A DNA stretch of 55,383 nucleotides from Fidelibacterota bacterium (GCA_046861645.1 JBHHUM010000006.1:1-55383), one strand, 5' to 3'. Positions 10,821 through 21,227 are shown, counted from the first letter of the stretch. Numbers and translations: made by a program. The notes: a model not told the origin generated them from the sequence alone.

Positions 10821-12067
10821 CGAGAAAAACCATTGTGGAGAAGATACTTTCTCGTCATGCGGGAAAGGAGGTGTCGGCAGGCGAGTTAGCAATCGTCAAT
10901 GTGGATGCCGCCATGGCCACCGATGCCACGGCCCCCTTTGCCATTAAAGCCTTCCGGGAGATGAAAGGGACTAAGCCGTGGAATCCTGATAAAATGACAT
11001 TTGTTATTGATCATGGGGCTCCAGCCCCTAACGAGCGAATTGCTAATCTCCATAAAATTATCCGCGAGTTTGCTACGGAGACAGGAAGCAATCTCTATGA
11101 TGCCGGCTCCGGTATTTGCCATCAGATTATGATTGATGAGGGACACGTACATCCTGGAGACCTTGTTATAGGCGCTGACTCTCACTCAGTGACATATGGT
11201 GCCATTGGTGCCTTTTCCACTGGCGTAGGGGCTACAGACTTGGCCGCCGTAATGCTTACGGGCAAGACTTGGCTGAAAGTGCCACCTACTATCAGAATAG
11301 AACTGAGCGGGAAGCCGAACCCGGGTGTACAGTCTAAGGATATCATTTTAGCTGTGATTGGTGAGCTGGGGATGGATGGAGCCACATATAAAGCACTGGA
11401 ATATACAGGCTCTTTCTTGGAGCACTTGTCTTTGGGTGGACGAATGACTATTGCCAATATGGCCGTTGAGATGGGAGGAAAAGCCGGTGTAATTGAGACA
11501 ACTGGCTTGGAGCTTCCTTTTGAGTTTGAACAGATCCTGCCCGATCCCGATGCGCACTATTCAGCACATTTCTCCTTTGATGTTACTGCCCTAAGGCCGA
11601 AGGTCAGCACACCCCATTCGCCGGCAAATGTCGTGGATATTGATGAAGTGTTGGGAACCAAGATTGATCTTGTTTTTTTGGGAACGTGTACAAACGGCCG
11701 CCTAGAAGATCTTCATACTGCGGCTTCAATTTTAAAAGGGAGAAAATTGGCACCCGGTGTTCGGATGATCGTTACACCTGCATCACGTAAAGTATTGAAC
11801 GCCGCCATGGCCGATGGTACTTTAAACGTACTTTCTGAAGCGGGTGCCCTGTTTATTCCCCCGGGGTGTGGACCGTGTGTAGGCACCCATTTGGGAGTAC
11901 CGGGAGATTCAGAGACCATCCTGTCCACAGCCAACCGGAATTTCCCCGGACGGATGGGAAACCGCAGTGCCAGAGTCTTCCTTTCATCACCAGCAACAGT
12001 GGCAGCCTCTGCCCTGAAAGGTGTGATTACTGATCCTGCAGATGTTATGGAGGGGGTAATGTCATGA
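10817..12067 (+). CDS. leuC: 3-isopropylmalate dehydratase / homoaconitase family large subunit (type 2 LeuC/HacA)
   Basis: KTIVEKIL, DH, GICHQ, GADSH, [4Fe-4S] ligands GTCTNGR and PGCGPC, STANRNFPGRMG, SPATVAASA. Physiological substrate uncertain. Confidence 0.88.
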   Translation: MTRKTIVEKILSRHAGKEVSAGELAIVNVDAAMATDATAPFAIKAFREMKGTKPWNPDKMTFVIDHGAPAPNERIANLHKIIREFATETGSNLYDAGSGICHQIMIDEGHVHPGDLVIGADSHSVTYGAIGAFSTGVGATDLAAVMLTGKTWLKVPPTIRIELSGKPNPGVQSKDIILAVIGELGMDGATYKALEYTGSFLEHLSLGGRMTIANMAVEMGGKAGVIETTGLELPFEFEQILPDPDAHYSAHFSFDVTALRPKVSTPHSPANVVDIDEVLGTKIDLVFLGTCTNGRLEDLHTAASILKGRKLAPGVRMIVTPASRKVLNAAMADGTLNVLSEAGALFIPPGCGPCVGTHLGVPGDSETILSTANRNFPGRMGNRSARVFLSSPATVAASALKGVITDPADVMEGVMS

Positions 12068-12570
12068 CGGGGAAAGCTCATGTATATGATGTAGATAACA
12101 TCGATACCGATAGAATTATTCCCGGGAAGTACACCAAGACGCTTGATACCTCAGAGTTAGCAAAGCACTGTCTTGAAGACTTGGATGAGAAATTCAGCAG
12201 TAAGGTGAACCAGGGAGATATCCTGGTGGCTGGTGAAAACTTTGGGTGCGGTTCATCCCGGGAGCAGGCCCCTGTTGCCATAAAAGTGTCAGGAATTTCT
12301 GCTGTGATTGCCAAGTCTTTCGCCCGTATTTTCTATCGCAATGCTATAAATGTTGGACTTCCTATTTTAGAGATTGCTGATCATAAAATTATTAATGAGG
12401 CCGAGCTTGACATTGACCTCCAGTCCGGAGTGGTTAAGGATATAACGGATGGGAAAGAGTACCAATCAGCAAAAATGCCACAGGTCATGATTGATATTTT
12501 AAACGAGGGAGGTCTGGTGAAATACTTAGCTCTTCACGGAGATTATGAACTCCGATTGTGGAGGATTTGA
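12064..12570 (+). CDS. leuD: 3-isopropylmalate dehydratase / homoaconitase family small subunit (LeuD/HacB)
   Basis: DNIDTDRIIPGKY, AGENFGCGSSREQAP, AKSFARIFYRNAINVGLP. Confidence 0.88.
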   Translation: MTGKAHVYDVDNIDTDRIIPGKYTKTLDTSELAKHCLEDLDEKFSSKVNQGDILVAGENFGCGSSREQAPVAIKVSGISAVIAKSFARIFYRNAINVGLPILEIADHKIINEAELDIDLQSGVVKDITDGKEYQSAKMPQVMIDILNEGGLVKYLALHGDYELRLWRI

Positions 12571-15167
12571 TGTACAAAATTTCCCATCTCTTTAGGATTG
12601 CGCTTCTTCCACTTCTTAGGGTTACACTTTTTTCTATTTTACTGATTGCAGGTCTTATCGCCCAGGCATCACTACCACCGGGCACTTCTATTCATCTGCT
12701 TGATAACGGATTACAAGTTCTTCTGATCGAAAATCAGGCGCTGCCCATGGTAGGCGTTAATGTGGTTGTAAGAACTGGCTCAGCCTATGAGACCTTTGCC
12801 ACCAGCGGAATGAGTCATATGCTGGAACACCTGCTTTACAATGGTACTACCACTCGCTCGCAGAAAGAACTTTACGATGCCACCGATCTCATTGGTGCTT
12901 ACAACAATGCTAATACAGGTGAGTACTATACCAATTACATGATAGTGACTCCTGCGGAAAATATCCGAGAGGGGATGGAAATCCAAGCCGATATGCTATT
13001 CAACTCCACTTTACCAGAGGAAAAATACGAGAAGGAGAAGGGTATCGTTCTGGAAGAGATTGCACGTAGTCTTTCTAATTCAGAGGCCCAGGTAGAAAGA
13101 GATTTGCAAAGTATTCTCTTTACCGGGCACGCCCTTGCCCTGCCCACACTGGGTACCTATGCTACTATTGAGTCTCTTCAACTGCAGAAAGTGCGGGAGT
13201 ACTATGCGGGTACCTACATTCCTAACAACATGATTCTCAGTGCCGTGGGACGTTTTGACTCTCAGGAGATGCTGACGGCTATTAAAGAAATATATGGTAA
13301 AGCAAAGCCGGGGGCTGTATTTCGACCAGTAGATGAAACCTTGATAACCGGGTTCGATTCAGTGTCAGGTCCCAAGGAAGGCACCATCTATCACCGTTCA
13401 TATGAAGGAGATAAAACCATTCTACATTTTATTTACAGATTGCCAAGAGATGAAGACGAATCTATCCTGGAACTGATGGGAGAAGCGCTCACGGAAAAAA
13501 TTCCACAATGGACAGAGGAAATACAGAAAGAATATCCTGATATATCTGTTTCCTTAACTCATGAGTTTCATTATGCCCCTTACAACAAATTTTTAGAAGT
13601 TCGACTTCGTTTAAGCGACGATGCCAAAGTCAATGCCATTCTTGAATTACTTCCTCAAAAGGTGACGTCTTTAAGTATGCGCTGGAGAGAGGATGAAATA
13701 GAGGCCCTGGTAGCCAGGATGAAGACTGAGTTCTACAAGAGCTTGGAGAAACCCCATATGTTTGGTATCTATAATGCTCGTACCTTTTCAGTATCTGGAA
13801 TCGATGGATGGTTACAGAGTCTTGATTTTAATAATTATTTCCAGTCTGCCGAGAAGCTGCGTCACTACCGACTGAATGGGGATCCTATTGTGGTGATTCA
13901 CCACCCACAAGATAGAATTCGACAGAGGGGGAGTGATAATGATGGCTCCCCAGAATTGTTTGAGCATGAGGAGTCTGGATTGAAATTAATTGCCCGGCAA
14001 AATAGCGCCAGCCAGCTTCTGGCAATTCATTTTCTGTTCAAACATAAGGCCAGGTTGGAGTCAACATATGGTCAGGATGCGGCCAGAATTTTTCACGATT
14101 GCTTCGGCCAGCGGATGAACTCACAAAAATTACAGAGGGAGTCCAGGGGCTTTGGGCTTTCATTTAAGGTAAATGATAATCCCTATATTCCCATGGATGA
14201 TATTTATCTGCATACTGACTTCGGTTATATCCGGGTGGAAGGTCTGGCCGATGATCTTGATGGTGTTGTAAAATTTTTAAGCGGACAGATGATTCAATTT
14301 ACTCCTACAGAAATGGAATTCCGTCGTGCGGTACAGGCTGGCAGGGAAGCCTACAGTTCACCAGGGCAAAATAAGGCACGGGATCGCTTTGAAGATCTTT
14401 ACAACGAAACCATCTATGAAGCAATCCGGTATCCTGCTGACTCTACGGGTTTGACGTATGATAAACTATTAACCTTCGGGGAGAAATATTTTCAACCAGG
14501 TAATATGATTGTTTCCGTTGTTTCACCCTTTACGCCTGAACAGGTGAATGATATCTTTAGTTATTTTTGGGAAACGGAGAAAACGACCCCAGATGACGAG
14601 TTAGCTTATGAAAGGTCTTTTAAACTGCCTGAAGAACCTTTTAGCATTGTGGAAGAAAGTGAAGGGGCACAGTCTTATCTCTTCTGGGGCTATATGAAGC
14701 ACATAGAACAGGAAGATAAAGCTGCTCTGAAGGCACTCTCTCTTTTGTTGCAGGATAAGATCGTGTTTGAAGTTAGGGAAAAACAAGGATTGGCCTACCG
14801 CATACATGCTGGGATTGAGGTGATCAAGGATGTGGCCTTGTTTTCAATCAACTTTGGAACACGCCCAGAAAATGTAGACGTACTGGTACCGCAATTTCCC
14901 GGTTTCTTTGCTAAGACCATGTTGGATGATATCAATGAGAAGACGCTGGAGAAGTCGGTAAACATGTACTTGGGGAGGATGATGTTTCGTCGTTTGTCCA
15001 GTATCAATCAGGCGTATTATTTGGGGCGTTCTTATTATTTTTATGGAGATATGAGAGCCGATGCTGAATTTCTGGAAGAACTACAGGAGGTTACCCTCCA
15101 GGATGTACGCGAGGTAGCAGAAAAATATATGGAAGGTGAAACCCCCATATCTATTGTGGTGCAATGA
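12570..15167 (+). CDS. M16 (insulinase/pitrilysin) family zinc peptidase, exported
   Basis: ATG 12570 overlaps the leuD stop (TGATG). Signal peptide, LDNGL, inverted zinc motif HMLEH, EKEKGIVLEE, C-terminal VREKQGLAY. Confidence 0.9.
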   Translation: MYKISHLFRIALLPLLRVTLFSILLIAGLIAQASLPPGTSIHLLDNGLQVLLIENQALPMVGVNVVVRTGSAYETFATSGMSHMLEHLLYNGTTTRSQKELYDATDLIGAYNNANTGEYYTNYMIVTPAENIREGMEIQADMLFNSTLPEEKYEKEKGIVLEEIARSLSNSEAQVERDLQSILFTGHALALPTLGTYATIESLQLQKVREYYAGTYIPNNMILSAVGRFDSQEMLTAIKEIYGKAKPGAVFRPVDETLITGFDSVSGPKEGTIYHRSYEGDKTILHFIYRLPRDEDESILELMGEALTEKIPQWTEEIQKEYPDISVSLTHEFHYAPYNKFLEVRLRLSDDAKVNAILELLPQKVTSLSMRWREDEIEALVARMKTEFYKSLEKPHMFGIYNARTFSVSGIDGWLQSLDFNNYFQSAEKLRHYRLNGDPIVVIHHPQDRIRQRGSDNDGSPELFEHEESGLKLIARQNSASQLLAIHFLFKHKARLESTYGQDAARIFHDCFGQRMNSQKLQRESRGFGLSFKVNDNPYIPMDDIYLHTDFGYIRVEGLADDLDGVVKFLSGQMIQFTPTEMEFRRAVQAGREAYSSPGQNKARDRFEDLYNETIYEAIRYPADSTGLTYDKLLTFGEKYFQPGNMIVSVVSPFTPEQVNDIFSYFWETEKTTPDDELAYERSFKLPEEPFSIVEESEGAQSYLFWGYMKHIEQEDKAALKALSLLLQDKIVFEVREKQGLAYRIHAGIEVIKDVALFSINFGTRPENVDVLVPQFPGFFAKTMLDDINEKTLEKSVNMYLGRMMFRRLSSINQAYYLGRSYYFYGDMRADAEFLEELQEVTLQDVREVAEKYMEGETPISIVVQ

Positions 15168-17347
15168 TCTATCCTTCCAGTGACACGCAGAGGGAAAGTT
15201 GGTATAAGGTTCAAAGTCGTCGTCTGTGGGTGGCTGTAAGATTTCCGATCGCTTTATCATTATTAATAGCCTTATTATGTGTGGAAGGTTTATCAGGCGT
15301 TGAAATCTTGGCTCATGATATTCAGTTGACCATAGATGTGGATAATCGCCGCGCAGAGATTACTGACCGTGGGCGAATGAGCGTAAACAGAGGATGGAAT
15401 CTGTTTTATTTGAATAAAGATGTCATAATAAAATCCTTCTTAATTGATGACCAACTGGTAGAGTATCAATCTTACCTTTCCAGCGATTCATTGTCCCTTC
15501 CTGCCTACCTTAAAGAAGAAGTTACCACTCGCGACAGCCAAGAGCCTCTCCAAATAATTACTTTTCAAGCTAATATTGGAGATGAGGCTAAATATGTTGT
15601 CACATATTCAGGAGAATTTTATGAGGATGTGGAAGGGGTACAATTTTCAAATGAAAAAGTAGGCCGGGAAGTGGCTGCTACCATTTCTGAGGTAGGAGCT
15701 TATTTTAGTCCCTCTGCGAATTACTATCCAACGGGTGATGAAACCATGGCCAGGTTTACACTAACAGCTGACATTCCTGTCAACTGGGAATCCATTAGTG
15801 ACGGAAATCGCCTGTCAAGTAAAATCATAGCTAACCGAAGGATACAATCTTGGGGCAATCCCTATCAGAGTGATGGGCTCATGTTCATGGCAGCTCCTTT
15901 TGTTACAAAATCCACTTGGGTGGATAGTGTGGAAATAGCGTGTTATTTTTTTCCAGAAGACACGGCTCTTTTCGATAGTTATTTACCAGCAACTGCACGG
16001 TACATTCAGATGTATTCGGAACTGATCGGACCCTATCCCTACGGGCGGTTTACAGTAGCGGAAAATTTCTTTCCCACCGGGTATGGCATGCCGGCCTGGA
16101 CCCTTTTGGGAAAGCAGGTGATTCGACTCCCATTTATCGTTTATACTTCTCTTGGTCATGAAGTACTCCACAACTGGTGGGGGAACAGTGTCTACGTTGA
16201 TTATGAACGTGGTAACTGGTGTGAAGCGGCTACGGTATATGGTGCTGACTATCGCTATAAATTGATGCGCTCGGATGAAGATGCTCGTAACTACCGCAAA
16301 GATATCTTGAAACAATATGATAGCTATATCAGCAAGGAGAATGATTTCCCTATCAGGGAGTTTCGGTCGCGCACTAGTCCTGGCACACGTACTATCGGCT
16401 ACAACAAAGCTATGATGGTGTTTCATATGATAGAGGAAGAGATAGGGACAGAATCCTTTTTCAGCGCTTGGCAAGAAATAAATGCTCGTTTTCGGGGTGT
16501 GCCAATTTCCTGGGAGGAGTGGGTCACGGTTTTGGAAGAAGTATCAGGCAAGTCTTTGGAGTACATTATTCCGGAGTGGATTGATCGTCCCGGGGCACCA
16601 GTGCTAGCAGTAGAACTGCAGCGGGTTGAGGAAACCAGAAAAGGCCATCGTGTGAAGTTATTACTGAAGGAAACGAGTGGGCAGGGATATCATCTCCGGG
16701 TACCATTACGGTATTTTGGTAAAGATAGTAGTCTGGACACCGTAATTGTATTAGACAAGAAAGAGAGAGAGTACACTTTGACTTCACCATTTAAGGTGGA
16801 GTCCTTAGAAGTGGATCCTGACTACCACCTCTTTCGCCGTCTCTATCCGGAGGAAATAGAACCTATCATATCGGCAGTGCTGGGGGGATCGTCCAAGAAA
16901 TTTATTACTGATGTTGAAAGAGAGGAGGCACTCTCTAAGTTTGCTGAGTTTGGCAGCAATATGACAGAAGAACAGATTACTGTGGTCAGTAATAGTGAAT
17001 TGGCTGGAGGTGATTACAGTTATGTTCCTGTACTACTCAATCCTTCTGAACTCCCCGAATATCTGCAGAAAATGGTAACTTGGCAAGATGACTCAGTAGA
17101 ATTGTTAGGGCAAAAGTACCCTCAAGGGGGACGAACATTGATTTTAGCGGTAAAGGACTGGATGGGCTTTAGTAAAGTGATGGTTATCCTGACGCAGGAT
17201 TATGAATCTCTGCCGAGGATAGGCGAACTGATACCCCATTACGGGAAGTACTCCTATCTGGTCTTTGAGGGAACGAGAAATATAAGTAAAGGACAGTGGC
17301 CAACAGGAAAATCACCTTTGCGTCTCCAGTTACTTATGAAACAATAA
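15164..17347 (+). CDS. M1/gluzincin family aminopeptidase, exported
   Basis: GPYPY, ENFFPTGYGMP, HEVLHNWWGN with a downstream Glu (GNWCE), YNKAMMVFHM, WIDRPGAP, VDPDYHLFRRL. Confidence 0.87.
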   Translation: MIYPSSDTQRESWYKVQSRRLWVAVRFPIALSLLIALLCVEGLSGVEILAHDIQLTIDVDNRRAEITDRGRMSVNRGWNLFYLNKDVIIKSFLIDDQLVEYQSYLSSDSLSLPAYLKEEVTTRDSQEPLQIITFQANIGDEAKYVVTYSGEFYEDVEGVQFSNEKVGREVAATISEVGAYFSPSANYYPTGDETMARFTLTADIPVNWESISDGNRLSSKIIANRRIQSWGNPYQSDGLMFMAAPFVTKSTWVDSVEIACYFFPEDTALFDSYLPATARYIQMYSELIGPYPYGRFTVAENFFPTGYGMPAWTLLGKQVIRLPFIVYTSLGHEVLHNWWGNSVYVDYERGNWCEAATVYGADYRYKLMRSDEDARNYRKDILKQYDSYISKENDFPIREFRSRTSPGTRTIGYNKAMMVFHMIEEEIGTESFFSAWQEINARFRGVPISWEEWVTVLEEVSGKSLEYIIPEWIDRPGAPVLAVELQRVEETRKGHRVKLLLKETSGQGYHLRVPLRYFGKDSSLDTVIVLDKKEREYTLTSPFKVESLEVDPDYHLFRRLYPEEIEPIISAVLGGSSKKFITDVEREEALSKFAEFGSNMTEEQITVVSNSELAGGDYSYVPVLLNPSELPEYLQKMVTWQDDSVELLGQKYPQGGRTLILAVKDWMGFSKVMVILTQDYESLPRIGELIPHYGKYSYLVFEGTRNISKGQWPTGKSPLRLQLLMKQ

Positions 17348-17528
17348 TATGGGTGTCAGTTGGATTAGGAGAAAGGTAAAATTACTGCAAAATGGTTCAG
17401 AAATATATTGCTTCGAGGTAGAACAACTGACTACTTTTCACGGAGGGTAATATGATCAAACCTTTATGGTGTCCACAAATATTGCTTTCCATAGGTTTGA
17501 TTAAAGGGTAAAAAGAGGAGGAGAGATT

Positions 17529-18554
17529 ATGAGAAGAACGTTATCAATTCCATTAATAGCAGTCTTTTGCATCGCTCCGGTATTGGCACAGACCGTGATA
17601 TTTACTGAGGATTTCGAGTCAGGTGCACCTAGTTCGGACTGGGAGCTTTTTCGAGTTGGTGAAGAGCCCATTCAGGCGGTGGCTATGGCGGATGCACCCG
17701 CTGCACTGGATGATGGCGGGAATTACGTAGGAATGATCTGGGATGAGGATGTTTCTTATGCTGGATCGGCTAATGCCATTGCCGGGGATGTAACTCTGCA
17801 GAACTACACGATTGAGGCAGATGTCTATTGCTACAACAATCATCCTAATGGTTCTGCCTATACCGGCATCGTTGTTTACGCTGACTCCTCGCACGATGGT
17901 AGCGCGAGTAACGGGTTCTTTTACAAATTAGTAGCTGATTTCGACGCCAACAACCGATTTCGACTGTACAATAATCAGATTTCCGGGTTCAGCTACACGT
18001 TCCAGGTGAGTATTGATGCCTCCGGCTATGATACTGCCGAAGGGTGGCACCATATGAAAATGCAAGTAGAAACAGTGGGGAACGAAACCCATTTCACCTG
18101 CTGGTACGACGGCTTGGAACTTGGTCAATATGTTGATGATGGTGATGATCAATACGGTCAGGGAAAGTTTGGCTTGTGGTCCTTCCAAAACAGCTATGGG
18201 ATTCCGGGCTACTTTGACAATATCGTGGTAACCCTGAACGAGACATCTGTTGACGATCACGATAATACGTTACCGGGAGCGTTCAGCTTGAGTCAAAACT
18301 ACCCTAATCCCTTTAACGCCCGCACGACCATTACCTTTAATTTGAATGAACAGGCTCAGGTTGCCCTTACGGTTTACAACGTAAGTGGTCAAGTTGTCCG
18401 AAATTTGGTACGAGGACAGCTGGACATTGGGAGCCACTCGTTCATTTGGGATGGCAAGGATGAGCGTGGTCAGTTAGTTCCTACAGGTGTGTACACTTAT
18501 GCTGTTTACAACGGCGATCAAAAGATCAGTAAGAAGATGATTCTCCTCAAATGA
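17529..18554 (+). CDS. Secreted protein with a concanavalin-like (DUF1080-like) domain and FlgD-Ig/T9SS-like C-terminal domain
   Basis: Strong SD GAGGAGG, signal peptide, WHHMKM..GKFGLW..FDNI beta-sandwich motifs, C-terminus SLSQNYPNPFN...WDGKDERGQLVPTGVY...KKMILLK. Confidence 0.8.
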   Translation: MRRTLSIPLIAVFCIAPVLAQTVIFTEDFESGAPSSDWELFRVGEEPIQAVAMADAPAALDDGGNYVGMIWDEDVSYAGSANAIAGDVTLQNYTIEADVYCYNNHPNGSAYTGIVVYADSSHDGSASNGFFYKLVADFDANNRFRLYNNQISGFSYTFQVSIDASGYDTAEGWHHMKMQVETVGNETHFTCWYDGLELGQYVDDGDDQYGQGKFGLWSFQNSYGIPGYFDNIVVTLNETSVDDHDNTLPGAFSLSQNYPNPFNARTTITFNLNEQAQVALTVYNVSGQVVRNLVRGQLDIGSHSFIWDGKDERGQLVPTGVYTYAVYNGDQKISKKMILLK

Positions 18555-18562
18555 TGGAATTG

Positions 18563-18590
18563 GGGGCGAGATCGCTCATATCTCGCCCTC
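18563..18590 (+). terminator. GC-rich intergenic hairpin (weak terminator or mRNA stabiliser)
   Basis: GGGCGAGAT-CGCTCAT-ATCTCGCCC; no strong T-tract. Confidence 0.5.
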
Positions 18591-18605
18591 TTCCTCTGCA
18601 AATTC

Positions 18606-21227
18606 ATGCCTAAAATCCGGTATCTACTTCTTCTTCAGGTTGTTTGTAGCTCGGTATTGCTGGGTGGTATTGGCGGTAAATTAGCTGGTACCGTAGTTTC
18701 CGCTGAGGGAGATCCGCTCCCGGGAGTGAATATCCTTATTGATGATACGGAGTTTGGTACTGCATCTGGTGAGACTGGCGAGTACTTCATTCTGAATATT
18801 CCCCCCGGGCACTATTCCATTCGCTATATGATGATTGGTCGCAGAACCCATGTTCAACAGGACGTGGTAATCATGGCAGATTTTACCACAACGGTTAATG
18901 TGACGCTGGAACAGGTATCCCTGGAAGCGGGAGAGGAAGTTGTGGTTACAGCGGAACGTCCCCTAATACAAAAAGATGTCACTTCCACGGTGAAAGTTGT
19001 GGATGCCGAGGCCATTGTTGATATGCCCGTGGTAGACTTCAAGGATGTTCTGGTGACTCAGGCAGGATTTACCACAGACGCTTCAGGTGGTATTCATGTC
19101 CGTGGGGGGCGCACCAGGGAAATTCTCTACATGATTGATGGAATAGTGGTTAAAGACCCCCTCCAAGGTGACTTTTCTGGTTCAGTAAATCAAAACGCTA
19201 TCCAGCAGATGACGGTTATCAGCGGTACCTTTAATGCCGAGTATGGACAGGCTATGTCAAGTGTTGTGAATATTGTTACCAAGGAAGGCGGTAGTGAATT
19301 TCATGGTAAATTTGAGCATATTACCGATCGACTGAATGAATCATCGTTTCATTCCTCAGGAGCATTTGACCGTGTATCTGATACAAATTATGTCTGGCAA
19401 GATTTGAACCCTTTTTTGCATGAATATCTGGCAGAAAATCTCTTGGCATCAGCACACAGTCCTCTGTTGCCACTGGGCAACATGAACGTGAGTGGTTCGA
19501 TGAGTTTAAATATGGGAGGACAGATCCCGGCCATTAATACTAACTATTTTCTATCGGGTTATTATAGCTCAAATGACAGTTACCTGCCTCACGGCAGCGA
19601 TGTTAATCAGGACGTGCAGATTAAATTGACTCAACGGTTATCACCGAAGATAAAACTTTCCGGCCATTTACATAGTTCTAACAGGCTTTATCAGCGTTAT
19701 TCCCACAAATGGAAGTATTATCCTTTACACCAGAGTCATACGTTCAAGACCAATGATCGTTGGGCTTTGGCACTCACTCACACCCTCAGTCATGGACTGT
19801 TTTATTCTCTTTCTCTATCCAAGCAGGCAGTTACCACGCTCACTGCTGTTATGGATAAGGAACCAGAGGAATACGTGCGGCCCCAGACAGGTAGTGATGT
19901 CTATTTTTACAGTGAAGGAGATGAAGGTATCTTTACTAACAACAGTACTAACAGCCTCTATACCCAATTCGATATAACCTACCAGCTTAATCACCGGCAT
20001 CTCCTGAAATCTGGTTTTACTATTACAAAACATAACATGGACCTGTACACAGAGCAGGAACCATGGCAGGGAGGTACCAATTTCAAGGATGATACTACCT
20101 TCACTCCTCTTGAAGGAACTTTTTACATCCAAGATAAGATAGAGTATGACTTTCTTATTCTGAACCTGGGCCTACGTTACGATTATGTTGATCCGAATGC
20201 AGCCATGTGGAGTGACATCCAGGAATTTGTTATCTGGGATTCTACAGAGAATGTCTGGATACCGGCGCCCTTGGTCGAGGTCACACCCAAGTCTCAGTGG
20301 AGTCCCCGGATTGGCCTGGCTTATCCAGTTACAGACCGTACGGTCTTCCATTTTTCATATGGTCACTTCTTCCAGACACCGACGTTTGATGCCATGACTT
20401 ATAACGCAGCCAAGGATATAACCGCTACGCTGCCACTCGTTGGCAATCCGAGAGTAAAACCACAGAAAACCGTTGCCTTTGAAACAGGTTTGAAGCAGGC
20501 TCTTTCTCAAGACGTGGCCTTGGAACTGACACTCTGGTCGAAGGACATTCGCGACCTTCTATCCACGCAGCAGATTCGTTATCTCTCTAATCAGTATGTG
20601 GTTTATACAAACACCGATTATGCCAGTGTGCGGGGCCTGGATTTTTCCGTGGACAAACGTTTTACCAGTGGCTTCGGAGGTTCACTGAGTTACTCACTTT
20701 CCGTAGCAAAAGGGAATAACTCCCAGCCGTTAGGAGGCTTCTTTTCTGCTTATGAACAGGAGGAAGTACCACACCAGGAATTCTTTCTTGATTTTGACCA
20801 GCGGCACGACGTTTCAGTAAATCTCTATGTACGCACGACCCCCCAATCTGGCCCCGTTTTTATGGGTAGGCATCCATTGGCTAACGTGAATGCTAACTTG
20901 CTGGTAAATGCTGGGAGTGGTCTGCCGTATACCCCTTTCGTGGATCCGACCATACGCGTGGAGATTAATTCGGCCCGAATGCCGTGGACGTATTCTGTTG
21001 ACCTGCGAGTTAAGAAGCGGTTTAATATCGGGCCAGCTGCTCTGACAGGATTTTTTGAAGTGACCAATCTTACCGATCATCAGAATGTTCTGGTTGTATA
21101 CTCTCGGACTGGCAAACCGTTTGATCCTGGATTTGCCGGGGTGGGGACTTCACTGGATGCCAATCACAATCCTGCCCATGTGGGCCCGGGGCGTGAACTA
21201 AGATTAGGGGTGAGTGTTGACTGGTAG
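18606..21227 (+). CDS. TonB-dependent receptor with carboxypeptidase-regulatory-like N-domain
   Basis: PLPGVNI...GEYFILNIPPG, IHVRGGR..EILYMIDG, SGTFNAEYGQAMSSVVNIVTKEG, NLGLRYD, SPRIGLAYP, FDQRH, aromatic C-terminal W. Confidence 0.9.
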   Translation: MPKIRYLLLLQVVCSSVLLGGIGGKLAGTVVSAEGDPLPGVNILIDDTEFGTASGETGEYFILNIPPGHYSIRYMMIGRRTHVQQDVVIMADFTTTVNVTLEQVSLEAGEEVVVTAERPLIQKDVTSTVKVVDAEAIVDMPVVDFKDVLVTQAGFTTDASGGIHVRGGRTREILYMIDGIVVKDPLQGDFSGSVNQNAIQQMTVISGTFNAEYGQAMSSVVNIVTKEGGSEFHGKFEHITDRLNESSFHSSGAFDRVSDTNYVWQDLNPFLHEYLAENLLASAHSPLLPLGNMNVSGSMSLNMGGQIPAINTNYFLSGYYSSNDSYLPHGSDVNQDVQIKLTQRLSPKIKLSGHLHSSNRLYQRYSHKWKYYPLHQSHTFKTNDRWALALTHTLSHGLFYSLSLSKQAVTTLTAVMDKEPEEYVRPQTGSDVYFYSEGDEGIFTNNSTNSLYTQFDITYQLNHRHLLKSGFTITKHNMDLYTEQEPWQGGTNFKDDTTFTPLEGTFYIQDKIEYDFLILNLGLRYDYVDPNAAMWSDIQEFVIWDSTENVWIPAPLVEVTPKSQWSPRIGLAYPVTDRTVFHFSYGHFFQTPTFDAMTYNAAKDITATLPLVGNPRVKPQKTVAFETGLKQALSQDVALELTLWSKDIRDLLSTQQIRYLSNQYVVYTNTDYASVRGLDFSVDKRFTSGFGGSLSYSLSVAKGNNSQPLGGFFSAYEQEEVPHQEFFLDFDQRHDVSVNLYVRTTPQSGPVFMGRHPLANVNANLLVNAGSGLPYTPFVDPTIRVEINSARMPWTYSVDLRVKKRFNIGPAALTGFFEVTNLTDHQNVLVVYSRTGKPFDPGFAGVGTSLDANHNPAHVGPGRELRLGVSVDW

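Noticed and set aside
10817..12570. Leucine biosynthesis operon
   Set aside because: No leuA/leuB here; the neighbouring DRE-TIM protein has HMG-CoA-lyase motifs (GGCPF), not IPM synthase features.
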